Assembly: GCA_965261715.1 (NCBI GenBank)
Contig: OZ253471.1
Location: forward strand, 624,763-688,762
Length of the DNA: 64,000 nucleotides
Direction: 5' to 3'
Source: Dehalococcoidia bacterium
GTDB lineage: Bacteria > Chloroflexota > Dehalococcoidia > Bin125
Positions 19,541 to 29,246 of this stretch are shown piece by piece. The notes under the pieces are model-generated. The model saw only the letters and a list, made by a program, of their open reading frames with translations, did not search any database and was not told where the DNA came from. Both the position numbers and the translations under genes were made by a program. Every line of letters starts with the position of its first letter. The stretch's first letter is position 1.

Positions 19541-20308
19541 GTGCTCGAAGTTAAGTCGGTCGACAAGGCATACGGGCGAGGCGCCCACGCGATTGTTGCG
19601 CTCAGCGATGTCTCGTTGACTGTTGCCGACGGTGAGTTTGCCGCCCTGGTTGGACCTTCGGGCTGTGGCAAGACGACGTTGCTCAATCTCATTGCCGGAC
19701 TCGACGATGTCGATGCCGGCAGCATCCTCGTTGACGGGGAACCGTTGACGCCGGTGGAGCGATTGCATCACTTCGGGTACATGCCACAACAGGACATGCT
19801 CTTCCCCTGGCGCACGGTGCTCGAGAACGTGTCGCTTGGCCTGGAGGTGCAAGGCGTCGGACGCTCCGAGGCCAGAGCTCGCGCTGCCGAGATGTTTCCC
19901 CAGTTCGGACTGGGAGGCTTCGAGCATCGGCGACCGCATGAGCTGTCGGGCGGGATGAGGCAGCGGGCGAGCTTCCTGCGCACCTACCTGCTCGGACGGC
20001 CGTTTCTGCTGCTGGACGAACCATTCGGTGCGCTCGATGCGATCACCCGTGGACAGCTTCAGGCGTGGCTCGCGGAGACCTGGAATCGGATCGGCGGCTC
20101 GGCTCTGCTGGTGACGCATGATCCGCATGAGGCGGTCGCGTTGTCAGATCGCGTGTTCGTAATGTCGTCGCGGCCGGGCCGGATTACCAATGTGCTGGAG
20201 GTCGATCTGCCTCGACCGCGGACGACCCACGCTGCCGAGACTGAGGCTGCGCACCGGTTGATCGATGTGTTGCGTCACGAAACTGAGCCGGAAGAGGCGC
20301 TCGCGTGA
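19541..20308 (+). CDS. thiZ: ABC transporter ATP-binding protein (NitT/TauT family, ThiZ type)
   Basis: Walker A GPSGCGKTT. Signature LSGGMRQR. Walker B LLLDEPFGALD. Confidence 0.8.
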   Translation: MLEVKSVDKAYGRGAHAIVALSDVSLTVADGEFAALVGPSGCGKTTLLNLIAGLDDVDAGSILVDGEPLTPVERLHHFGYMPQQDMLFPWRTVLENVSLGLEVQGVGRSEARARAAEMFPQFGLGGFEHRRPHELSGGMRQRASFLRTYLLGRPFLLLDEPFGALDAITRGQLQAWLAETWNRIGGSALLVTHDPHEAVALSDRVFVMSSRPGRITNVLEVDLPRPRTTHAAETEAAHRLIDVLRHETEPEEALA

Positions 20309-21111
20309 ACGGTAGACCGCCAGGTCGTGTGAGCGGTAGACCGCTCGGTCGAGAGCTGGCAGTCAGCGTCGGCGCGCCGCTCGGCCTTATGCTGTTCGTC
20401 CTGGCGGGATGGCAGTCGTACGTCTGGCTCACCGATATCCGACCGCAGATCTTGCCCGGTCCGATTCGAATCGTACGTGAGAGTGTCGAGTCCGCTGCTT
20501 CGATTAGCGAACATGCGCTGGTCACGATGTCGGAGGTCGGCGCGGGGTTTGCGATCAGCATCGTGTGCGCCTTGACGTTGGGTCTGTTGCTGGACATATC
20601 GACGCCGCTTCGACGCGCGGTCTATCCGCTGATCGTCGCTTCACAGACGGTGCCGATTCCGGTCGTGGCGCCGCTGATGATCGTCTGGTTTGGCTTCGGT
20701 GTGCTGCCCAAGATCATCGTGATTGGCCTGTTTACGTTTGTGCCCATTGTGTTGGGCTTCGCTGCCGGACTTGCCTCGACCGAGCGTCCGACGATAGATC
20801 TGATGCGCACATTCGGTAGCTCGCGCTGGCAGATGTATCGCTACGTCAAGATCCCGGCCGCGTTGCCCGACCTCTTCACCGGCCTGCGGATCGCTGCTAT
20901 CTATGCGGTGCTCGGCGCAATCTTTGGCGAGCTCGCCGGCGCGACCGACGGTCTCGGCATCTTCCTTGAGCAATCGCGGCTCTCGTTTCGGACCGACCTC
21001 GTGTTTGGCGCGATCTTCGTTGTCGCAATACTCAGCTACCTGCTATTCCTCGCTGTGGTCCTGATTGAACGCCGGGCAATCCCCTGGCACTTCCAGAGGC
21101 GTGAATCATGA
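20305..21111 (+). CDS. thiX: ABC transporter permease (ThiX type)
   Basis: Multi-TM protein with the EAA-like loop region, overlapping the ATPase stop. Confidence 0.7.
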   Translation: MNGRPPGRVSGRPLGRELAVSVGAPLGLMLFVLAGWQSYVWLTDIRPQILPGPIRIVRESVESAASISEHALVTMSEVGAGFAISIVCALTLGLLLDISTPLRRAVYPLIVASQTVPIPVVAPLMIVWFGFGVLPKIIVIGLFTFVPIVLGFAAGLASTERPTIDLMRTFGSSRWQMYRYVKIPAALPDLFTGLRIAAIYAVLGAIFGELAGATDGLGIFLEQSRLSFRTDLVFGAIFVVAILSYLLFLAVVLIERRAIPWHFQRRES

Positions 21112-21710
21112 TTCTGCACCGGTTGATGCTGATCGCAGATCGACAGGGGACCAACGGTCGGCCATTGGCGGATGTGATCGTCCGTGCAGCCAATGGTGTC
21201 GGTGGCCGATTGATGGTGCAGATCCGGGACCGGGAGCTGCGGGACTTCGAAATGATCTCACTGATTCGCGCTGTCCAGCGCCGAGTACCGCCTCAAACCG
21301 TGCTGATGGTCAACAATCGTCCCGACATCGCGCGGGCGATCGAGATTGGCCTGCACCTTCCCGCCGCAGCCGAGACGCCGCGTGGTCAGTACCAACTGCT
21401 GGGACGTTCAGTGCATGATGAACACGAGGCGGACATCGCGTTGGGCGACGAGGTCGACTATGCCATCGTGGGCACCATCTTCGAGACGACGTCGCATCCT
21501 GGCCGAGCGGGCGCGGGGCTTGCCCAGCTCTCGGACATCCGGGAGCTGATGGGCAATATCGCCTGCTACGCGATTGGCGGGATCACAACCGAGAACGCCT
21601 CGTCCACGATCGAGGCGGGCGCCTGGGGTGTCGCGGTGCGCAGCGCCATCCTCTCGGCCGATGATCCGGCCGAGGCTGCATATCGGCTGCACAGTAGCCT
21701 GCCGAAATGA
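21108..21710 (+). CDS. Second thiamine-phosphate synthase paralog (TMP-TenI family)
   Basis: …LIADRQ…LMVQIRDREL…YAIVGTIFETTSHPG…YAIGGIT…. ATGA overlap with the permease gene. Confidence 0.65.
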   Translation: MILHRLMLIADRQGTNGRPLADVIVRAANGVGGRLMVQIRDRELRDFEMISLIRAVQRRVPPQTVLMVNNRPDIARAIEIGLHLPAAAETPRGQYQLLGRSVHDEHEADIALGDEVDYAIVGTIFETTSHPGRAGAGLAQLSDIRELMGNIACYAIGGITTENASSTIEAGAWGVAVRSAILSADDPAEAAYRLHSSLPK

Positions 21711-24670
21711 CCACGAACAGCCCGCTCAGGAATGTGATTGAAGGCCGCAGCCCGTCGAGTTTCTCGTCGGTGCGTCGCGCTCGGGCGATGCTCAACAACG
21801 GACCAAACGCGCTGACCGCGCTTGCCGACGATCTGTCGGGAGCGGTTTTGGATGCCTCTGACGTCCTGATCGACCGTCCCTCCCGTCTGCTTTACGCCAC
21901 GGATGCATCGCTCTACGAGATGGAGCCGGTCGCGGTCGTGTTCCCGCGCACGCCGGCCGATGCCGCGGCGGCGGTCGGTGTTGCACGCTCCCACGGGGTG
22001 CCCGTGTTGCCGCGTGGCGGTGGGACGAGCCTGGCGGGACAGGGCGTCAATCACGCCGTCGTGCTGGACTTCACGCGATACATGAACTCGGTTCTGGAAA
22101 TTGATGCTGACCGACGGGTAGCTCGGGTGCAGCCGGGTCTGGTCTTGTCGGAGCTGAACAAGGCCGCGCGACGCTACGGGCTGCACTACCCAATCGATCC
22201 GTCGACCGCGAATCGCGCCACGATTGGCGGCGGGATTGGCAACAACTCCTGCGGCACACACAGTGGGTTGTATGGCAAGACGATTGATGTGGTGGACTCG
22301 GTCGACGTCGTGCTCTCCGACGGCGCAGAGCTGCGATTCGACCAGGTCGATGAGCGGCGGCTGCGAGCCTTGATCGATTCCGGCGGACGCGAAGGGCGTC
22401 TCTACCGAGACCTGCGCGACCTGGCCGAGCGCGAGCGAGCGGAAATCGGCGAGCGCTTCCCCGACATCCCGCGACGAGTCTCGGGCTACAACCTCGACAC
22501 CCTGCTCAATCCTGGCGAGGTCAATCTGTCCAAGATGGTTGTGGGATCGGAGGGCACGCTCGCGGTGGTCACGGAGGCGACCGTCCAGCTTGCTCAGCTA
22601 CCGAAGCGGCGCGGGATTCTCGTGGCGCACTTCCGCACGTTGATCGAAGCGGCGGAAGCGACGGTGACGGCGAACGCTCACAAGCCGGCGGCGATCGAAC
22701 TCGTTGATGAGATCATCATCGAGCGCTGCCGATCCAGCGTCGGTTACGCGCCGCTGGCTGAGTTTGTAGTCGGCGAGCCGGGCGCGATCCTGCTGATCGA
22801 GTGCTTTGCGGATACCGACGACGACCTGCGCGATCAGCTGCGAAGCATTGAAGCCGACCTCGAATCGCGGGGGATGGGCTATGCCTCGGTGATTGAGACC
22901 GATCTCTCCGCGCAGGCGAAGATGTGGCAGATGCGACAGGCCGGGCTCGGACTGCTGATGTCGATGCACGGCGATCCCAAACCGGGCGCGTTTGTCGAAG
23001 ACACCGCAGTACCGCCCGAGCGACTGCCGCAATTCGTCGCACGATTCGACGCAGCCGTTCGAGCGCGCGGTCTGAGAGCCGGCTACTACGGACATGCGGC
23101 CGCCGGCTGCCTGCACATCCGGCCGGTGGTGAATGTCAAAGACCAGTACGGCCTGGAGCAGACCGAGGCGTTAGCCGCGGAGATTGCCGACCTCGTGGTC
23201 GAGTTCGGCGGTTCACTCTCGGGCGAGCACGGCGACGGGATCGTGCGCGGCGCGTTCATGGAGAAGATGTTCGGCCCGCAGCTGGTCGACGCCTTCCGCG
23301 AAGCGAAGCAGATCTTCGACCCCGACGGTCTGTTCAATCCGGGCAAGATTATCGACACCCCGCCGTTCCGCGACAATCTGCGCCTGAGTCCGGAGACGGT
23401 CAATGCTGAGCCATCCGGCTGGCTTGATTTCTCGTCCGAGGGCGGTCTCGCGCGGGCGGTGGAGATGTGCAACGGACAGGGCGCGTGTCGCAAGTTCGAC
23501 GGCGGGATGTGTCCCTCGTTCCAGGTGACCCAGGACGAAGAGCACTCGACGCGCGGTCGGGCCAACCTGCTACGTCAGATCCTGAACGGCGCGATGCCGC
23601 TGGAGGAGTTGTCGGGCGACCGGTTGCACGATGCACTCGATCTCTGCGTCGAGTGCAAGGCATGCAAGGCCGAGTGTCCGTCGGGAGTCGACCTGGCCAA
23701 GATCAAGTACGAAGTGCTGGCGCATCGCCATCAGACACACGGCGTGCCGCTGCGAGATCGAGCGTTTGCCAACATCGCCACGCTGCTTCGGCTGGGCTCG
23801 CTGGCGCCGGGGTTTGCCAACTTCATCGGTTCGACCCCGATTGCCGGGAAGCTCCTGGGACGGCTCGACGTGCATCCAGAGCGTCCGGTTCCGAGGCTGG
23901 CGACGCAGACGTTTGCTCGCTGGTTTGGGCGACGAAGGTCGCCGGCCGCCACGCGCGGCGACGTCGTCCTCTATGACGACACGTTCACTAACTTCGTCCA
24001 TCCGGAGGTCGGAATTGCGGCGACGCGGATCATCGAGGCGCTGGGCTATCGGGTGATCAGGGTCGAGAATCGCGCATGTTGCGGTCGACCGTCAATCTCC
24101 AAGGGACTGCTCGACGAGGCACGGAGCCTGGCTGAACGCAATGTCGCGGCCTTGTCGTCCTTCGCAGCCTCAGGGACGCCGATCGTCGGCACGGAGCCGT
24201 CATGTCTGCTGACGCTGCGGGACGAGTATCCGTTACTGCTTCGCAGCGAGTCAGCCTCGGCCGTGGCGTCGCAGGCGCTGCTCTTTGACGAGTGGCTGAC
24301 TCGAGAATTGAGAGCAGACGGGGCGCCGGAGATCTTCTCCGGGGACCACGGGCCGCTCATGCTGCATACGCATTGCCACCAGAAGGCCCTGGCCGGATTT
24401 ATGCAAACACTCGATGTCCTCGGTCGCGCCGGCTACGAACCGCAGGCGATTGATAGTGGGTGCTGCGGGATGGCCGGGTCGTTTGGATTTGAATCGGAGC
24501 ACTACGACATGTCGCGCAGCATGGGAGCGCTGCGGCTGTTCCCGGCGCTGGAGGCGGCAGCAGGAACGCCGGTGGCGATCACGGGCGTCTCGTGTCGGCA
24601 GCAGATCGGTCACTTTACCGACCGCGAACCGCGACACATGGTCGAGTATCTGGCGGATGCACTGAAGTAA
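21707..24670 (+). CDS. FAD-linked oxidase fused to a (Fe-S)-binding CCG-domain module (GlcD-GlcF / D-lactate or D-2-hydroxyacid dehydrogenase-like fusion)
   Basis: 987 aa. FAD_binding_4 region (…VLPRGGGTSLAGQ…). Ferredoxin-like Cys clusters CNGQGACRKFDGGMCPS and CVECKACKAECPSGVD. C-terminal CCG Cys-rich repeats (…CCGRPS… , …GCCGMAGSFGFE…). Confidence 0.75.
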   Translation: MTTNSPLRNVIEGRSPSSFSSVRRARAMLNNGPNALTALADDLSGAVLDASDVLIDRPSRLLYATDASLYEMEPVAVVFPRTPADAAAAVGVARSHGVPVLPRGGGTSLAGQGVNHAVVLDFTRYMNSVLEIDADRRVARVQPGLVLSELNKAARRYGLHYPIDPSTANRATIGGGIGNNSCGTHSGLYGKTIDVVDSVDVVLSDGAELRFDQVDERRLRALIDSGGREGRLYRDLRDLAERERAEIGERFPDIPRRVSGYNLDTLLNPGEVNLSKMVVGSEGTLAVVTEATVQLAQLPKRRGILVAHFRTLIEAAEATVTANAHKPAAIELVDEIIIERCRSSVGYAPLAEFVVGEPGAILLIECFADTDDDLRDQLRSIEADLESRGMGYASVIETDLSAQAKMWQMRQAGLGLLMSMHGDPKPGAFVEDTAVPPERLPQFVARFDAAVRARGLRAGYYGHAAAGCLHIRPVVNVKDQYGLEQTEALAAEIADLVVEFGGSLSGEHGDGIVRGAFMEKMFGPQLVDAFREAKQIFDPDGLFNPGKIIDTPPFRDNLRLSPETVNAEPSGWLDFSSEGGLARAVEMCNGQGACRKFDGGMCPSFQVTQDEEHSTRGRANLLRQILNGAMPLEELSGDRLHDALDLCVECKACKAECPSGVDLAKIKYEVLAHRHQTHGVPLRDRAFANIATLLRLGSLAPGFANFIGSTPIAGKLLGRLDVHPERPVPRLATQTFARWFGRRRSPAATRGDVVLYDDTFTNFVHPEVGIAATRIIEALGYRVIRVENRACCGRPSISKGLLDEARSLAERNVAALSSFAASGTPIVGTEPSCLLTLRDEYPLLLRSESASAVASQALLFDEWLTRELRADGAPEIFSGDHGPLMLHTHCHQKALAGFMQTLDVLGRAGYEPQAIDSGCCGMAGSFGFESEHYDMSRSMGALRLFPALEAAAGTPVAITGVSCRQQIGHFTDREPRHMVEYLADALK

Positions 24671-24691
24671 GAGAAGCGGGTGGGAGAGGCT

Positions 24692-24769
24692 TGGTGCCGA
24701 GGGGCAGAGTCGAACTGCCGACACCACGATTTTCAGTCGTGTGCTCTACCAACTGAGCTACCTCGGCGC
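24692..24769 (-). tRNA. tRNA-Phe (GAA)
   Basis: Reverse complement gcgccgaggtagctcagttggtagagcacacgactgaaaatcgtggtgtcggcagttcgactctgcccctcggcacca. Cloverleaf with anticodon GAA and encoded CCA. Confidence 0.85.
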
Positions 24770-24819
24770 GATAGCTGGATCAGCATACACTCCAACGGAC
24801 ATTCTCCGGTCGCCTGCTG

Positions 24820-25515
24820 CTAGTCATGCGACATTAATTCGACCGTCGGCATGACAGCTTCGCGGACCTGCTCGAACACCTGCTCAATCGTGCCGCGAGC
24901 GTCAACGATGACCCATCCGTAGCGATCGGCCATCACCGACATCTCCTGCAATTGCTTGCGCTGGTGTTGCATGAATCCGTCGTAGATGCTGCGGTCGTGG
25001 AGATAGTCGCCTCCGGATTCCCAGAAGTCGAAGCCGCGTTCGAGCACCCGCAGGACGAGGTCTTCGGCATCGATGTCGAGGTAGATGACCTGGTCCGGTA
25101 TCAGCGCGAAGCCGTAGATCTGCTCCAGCCATTCGCGCGATGTGCCGCGGACGATTGCCCTCGCCATCAGCGAGAAGATGTATCGGTCGGCCAGGACGAC
25201 CATGCCGGCCTGCAGCGCGGGCAACATGATCCGTTCGAAGCGGTCCCAGAAGTCGGTCGCGTAGAACAGGTTGAGGGTGATCGGGTCGAGCGTGTGTCCT
25301 TGTTTCGCCTCGTCGATCCCGGGTCCAACCAGCGGCGAACGGCGCAGGCCGCTATCGACCACTCCCCAGCCCTGAGCTTCGAGATAGTCCTTCAGGATCG
25401 AGATGATTGTCGTGCGTCCGACGCCGTCGGTACCCTCGATCACAATCAAACGTCCCGGCAACCAGTCCTGATCGATGCCGGGAGGATGCTCGCCGTAGAA
25501 CTTGACGGCGGTCAC
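24820..25515 (-). CDS. Thymidylate kinase-like P-loop kinase (paralog 2)
   Basis: P-loop IVIEGTDGVGRTT. dTMP-kinase fold length. Overlaps the upstream paralog by 4 nt. Confidence 0.65.
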   Translation of the reverse strand: MTAVKFYGEHPPGIDQDWLPGRLIVIEGTDGVGRTTIISILKDYLEAQGWGVVDSGLRRSPLVGPGIDEAKQGHTLDPITLNLFYATDFWDRFERIMLPALQAGMVVLADRYIFSLMARAIVRGTSREWLEQIYGFALIPDQVIYLDIDAEDLVLRVLERGFDFWESGGDYLHDRSIYDGFMQHQRKQLQEMSVMADRYGWVIVDARGTIEQVFEQVREAVMPTVELMSHD

Positions 25516-26252
25516 AGGCCACCTCCGGCGGCGAGGGCCGCGAAGCCGGTTTGGATGTGAGGCGGCACGTCGGAGATCTCGCGTCGCGGCATACCTTCGA
25601 GCAGCGGTTCAACGAGTTCACGGACCAGGACCTGCTGGCTGACGAGCGATTGTGAGGCATCGATACGGGTGATGTCGAACTCGTCGCAGAGGTCGTTGTA
25701 CTCTTCCAGGATTCGTCCCTGGAAGAGACGGAAGGACTCCTGCGGGTCATCCGACAGGCCCAGGTCCATACCGGCTTCGTAGAACTTGATCTCGGCTCTC
25801 GCGGCTGCGATTCGGCGGATGGACTCGTCCAACGAGACGTGGAAATAGAGTGCGAGATTCGGAGGCGGAGCGAATGAATACAAGTCGCGCACCCATGTGC
25901 GGTTGACACCTCGCGCAGCGTCACGTGCGAATGCGGTGTAGACGTAGCGGTCGGCCAGGACGATGACGCCGGCTTGCAACGCGGGCAGGATCTGTCCGTG
26001 CGTGCGGCTGGCGAAGTCGGCGGCGTGGACGAGGCTGAACGACATCGGTGTCAGGAGTTGCCGACGCTTGCCGCGCTTGGTCGTATCGCGCACGATTGGC
26101 GACGAGTTCCACTCGGTGAAGACGGTGACGTAGCCCTCGCTGCGCAGCCATTTGTGGAGTAGGTCAAGCTGTGTGCTCTTGCCGGAACCGTCGATGCCTT
26201 CAACGACGATCAGTCGGCCGGGCAACTCGGAGAAGTCTGCAGAGGTGGCCAC
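25512..26252 (-). CDS. Thymidylate kinase-like P-loop kinase (paralog 1)
   Basis: P-loop IVVEGIDGSGKSTQLDLL is a classic Tmk N-terminus. LID-like region DRY. Confidence 0.7.
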   Translation of the reverse strand: MATSADFSELPGRLIVVEGIDGSGKSTQLDLLHKWLRSEGYVTVFTEWNSSPIVRDTTKRGKRRQLLTPMSFSLVHAADFASRTHGQILPALQAGVIVLADRYVYTAFARDAARGVNRTWVRDLYSFAPPPNLALYFHVSLDESIRRIAAARAEIKFYEAGMDLGLSDDPQESFRLFQGRILEEYNDLCDEFDITRIDASQSLVSQQVLVRELVEPLLEGMPRREISDVPPHIQTGFAALAAGGGL

Positions 26253-26496
26253 CGTCGTTTCCCTTCGCGGCGCTTGGATATGCGATCAGTTCGCAGATTT
26301 GCAGGATAAGCGTAGACAATCCTGTTCAGGTTAATGAAACGAAACCATCACCGGCCAAGTATGACATGAGCGCCCGCCTCTGTTTCAGCCGGACGCAGCG
26401 GGCGGCGATAGGAGACAAGTGGCCGGCCTCGCTGTTCGTCAATCGATTGACGAACAACGAGGCCGGCGGTTGGAAGCCCTGTGAAGCCGCGGCAGG

Positions 26497-28836
26497 TTAC
26501 CGGATCACGGTCGCAGAGGCGTCTGCAAGGCATCCTACCTGCAGCGGAACGACCGGTCCGATCGATTCGACCAGTTGCACGCTCTTGCCACTACCGAACT
26601 TGTCGGCATAGGTGACGGTGATGCGCAGGAACTTGTTCGCATCGGCGGCGAGCGGTGAGTAGCTGGAGTCGTACGAGGCGATCTCGCCGATCGTGCTCCA
26701 GTTTTCCTCTCCGTTGTCCGAAATCTCCCAGAGCCAGGTGACATCTGTTTTGCCCCCATCTGGATCGCTCAACAGCGCATGGAGCACGGGAGTGCAGAGT
26801 GGCGTCGGTTTCCAGATGTTTACCCGTCCTGGTTCGTCGATGTCGGTGACGTGGATCGTGAGATCCAAGTGCGCATCGGATTCTCCGTCGTTGGCCGTCA
26901 GCCGCACGGAGTAGGTGTTCCGGTATTCAAAGCTGAGATGCCCAGTGGTTCGAAGCTGGCCGCTCGCTGAGTCAATGGCGAAGGTTGAGGCGTCCTCGCC
27001 GCTCAGGGAGTAGGTCAGCTCCTGGCCTTCAGGATCGGTGGCGACGACGGGGTCACCCACCAAGGCGCCTTCGGACGGACTCTCATCCACGGTGCGTGCC
27101 GCGCTATCGCCTTCGTTGAACGTCGGTGGCTTGTTGCGGGCGTCCACGCATTGAACGGCAACTGCCGCTACGGCGTCGTGGTCGAGGATGGCGGCATTTC
27201 CGGCGGCATCCTCGATCGTGCCGTCTGAGAGGCTGAGTTTGTTCTGTCCGATGGCGAAGCCGTCAGGGTCATGGTCTCCTTCGACCACCGTGTAGACGAA
27301 GGTCAAGGATTGCGAACCCAGGGATTCGTCTTCTGCGGAACCGCGCTGTTCCGCGCTGGCGCGCAGCGTGGCCACACGAGGCGAGCCGTCGAAGTCCAGT
27401 TCCAGCTGCGCCGAGCCGCTGACAATCACGTTCTCGTCGAACTCAACCTCAACGGTGATCTCGTCGCCGTCGACATAGTCGCGACCGGATGGTTCGGATG
27501 TCACGCTCAGGGAGCTGATCTTCGGCGCGACCAGGTCGGTCGAGCCAACCACCAGGTGTCCATCAAGGTCATGGATGGCGCGGTAGCCACGGCTGCTGTG
27601 CTGTCCGGTCGCCTGCGAGCGGATACTGCCATTGCCGAAGTACCCGGAACCTTTGCCACCGGCCGAAACGCTGAATCCGTCCTCGTCGAAGTCGGTGCGC
27701 TTGACTGTGTAGCTGAAGACCAACGTGTCGGCGCCCGAGCCACGGTTGTAACGAGCGCCGCGCCAGTTGTTGTCGCTGTCACCGACGTGAATGCTCACGC
27801 CTTTGTCGCCGTCAACCACCATGGCTTCTTCGTACGTGAGCTGCACTTCAAGAGATTCCCCGGCGTGGTAGGACTCGCCATCATCGGGAGCTGAGATGAC
27901 CGACACGTCGGTGATCTTCACGACGTGTTTCCAATCGACCTTGTGATCGGAAGCGTTCTTGATGCCCGAGTAGACTCCGTGGGCTTCGACGTTTGTACCA
28001 GCAGCCAGGATTGAGCCGCTGCCGCCGAAGCCGCGCTCATTACTGTCGCGTTGGGCTCGTCCAGGCGAGAGGGTGATGCCGTTGTCGTCGAAGTCTTCCC
28101 ACAGCACCTTGCGACTGAAGGTCAGGGTGTCCGTTCCCGAACCGCTTTGGTACCAGGCCCCGTACCAACGAGAACCGATCCACATGCCAAGGTGTGCACG
28201 GCCCTGGACCGTCACCGGTGTGTTGAAGACGGCCTCGATTTCGATCTCCTCATTCAGCCCGTAGGTGTCGCCCACTGCCGGAGAGGAGGCGATCCGAAGC
28301 GATGTGACGTGTGGGTCGTCGTCGTTGATCGTGACGACGCAGGTCTCGATCAGTTCTGCATTTGCGTCGTTGCCGAGCGCATATCCGACGGTGAACGTCT
28401 CATCGCCCTCCGCCAGGTCGTCCTGGGAGGTCGCGATCGAGCCCGCCATGCGATGCTCGCCCGTCTCAGGATCGGTTGACCACTCGAAGTTCGATTCGAA
28501 TGATGAGAAGTCTGATGCAGCCGCGGTTCCAGCGATGACGCGCCAGGACGCGCCCAGGGACTCCACATCAGTTGCGTCGTCCGCTCGCACCAGGAAGACC
28601 TCAAGCGATTCGCCCTCCAGGACATCGGTCATCGGACATTCGAGCAACACTCCTGTTGCGTTTGCGTTTGCGTTTGCCGAGGCCATGCTCATGGATTGCA
28701 GGGCGACAAACCCGGCGAGGGTGATGAGCAGGAGTGGCAGATAGGGAAATCTGAGTCGTCCACTCAGGTGTTGGGACGGTGCGACGCGACGCCATGCGGC
28801 GTCTGGTTTGCGAATGCGCTTGCGAATCGGCTTCAT
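26497..28836 (-). CDS. Secreted large protein with cadherin-like/Ig-like beta-sandwich repeats
   Basis: Signal peptide followed by ASANANANATG. Cadherin-like repeat (…PPTFNEGDSAARTVDESPSEGALVGDPVVATDPEGQELTYSLSGEDASTFAIDSASGQLRT…). Confidence 0.6.
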   Translation of the reverse strand: MKPIRKRIRKPDAAWRRVAPSQHLSGRLRFPYLPLLLITLAGFVALQSMSMASANANANATGVLLECPMTDVLEGESLEVFLVRADDATDVESLGASWRVIAGTAAASDFSSFESNFEWSTDPETGEHRMAGSIATSQDDLAEGDETFTVGYALGNDANAELIETCVVTINDDDPHVTSLRIASSPAVGDTYGLNEEIEIEAVFNTPVTVQGRAHLGMWIGSRWYGAWYQSGSGTDTLTFSRKVLWEDFDDNGITLSPGRAQRDSNERGFGGSGSILAAGTNVEAHGVYSGIKNASDHKVDWKHVVKITDVSVISAPDDGESYHAGESLEVQLTYEEAMVVDGDKGVSIHVGDSDNNWRGARYNRGSGADTLVFSYTVKRTDFDEDGFSVSAGGKGSGYFGNGSIRSQATGQHSSRGYRAIHDLDGHLVVGSTDLVAPKISSLSVTSEPSGRDYVDGDEITVEVEFDENVIVSGSAQLELDFDGSPRVATLRASAEQRGSAEDESLGSQSLTFVYTVVEGDHDPDGFAIGQNKLSLSDGTIEDAAGNAAILDHDAVAAVAVQCVDARNKPPTFNEGDSAARTVDESPSEGALVGDPVVATDPEGQELTYSLSGEDASTFAIDSASGQLRTTGHLSFEYRNTYSVRLTANDGESDAHLDLTIHVTDIDEPGRVNIWKPTPLCTPVLHALLSDPDGGKTDVTWLWEISDNGEENWSTIGEIASYDSSYSPLAADANKFLRITVTYADKFGSGKSVQLVESIGPVVPLQVGCLADASATVIR

Positions 28837-29246
28837 CGCCGTTCCTCTCGATCGCTAGGTACTAGTTCTGTTCGGAGTGATTGGTCGACCTGACTCCGAT
28901 TTCAACGTATGTCCGGCATTTGTTAGCAGGTGGAGCGAGTTAGCAGCTAGCACGCTCGCGAGCGGGCGAGCGATGAACGAATCGACACGAATTCTGTGGC
29001 TGGCGCACGTTGTCGCGCCGCGTGTATCGGACTCTTCAATCCAAACGCGCGATGAGCGGACGTTTCAACGTTGCTGCGGACAGTCATTGACCGGTTTGCG
29101 CTGCAAACGCCGATCCAACGAGGCCCGTCCGGGTTTGGCTACCTTGCGAGACACGCAGGATTTCCCCTGAGCCCAGATGGGTCTCCGCTCCGGGGTCTCC
29201 GCATTCGAATTTCGCCGCGCACTCAACGACCCTGAAGGAAACGATC

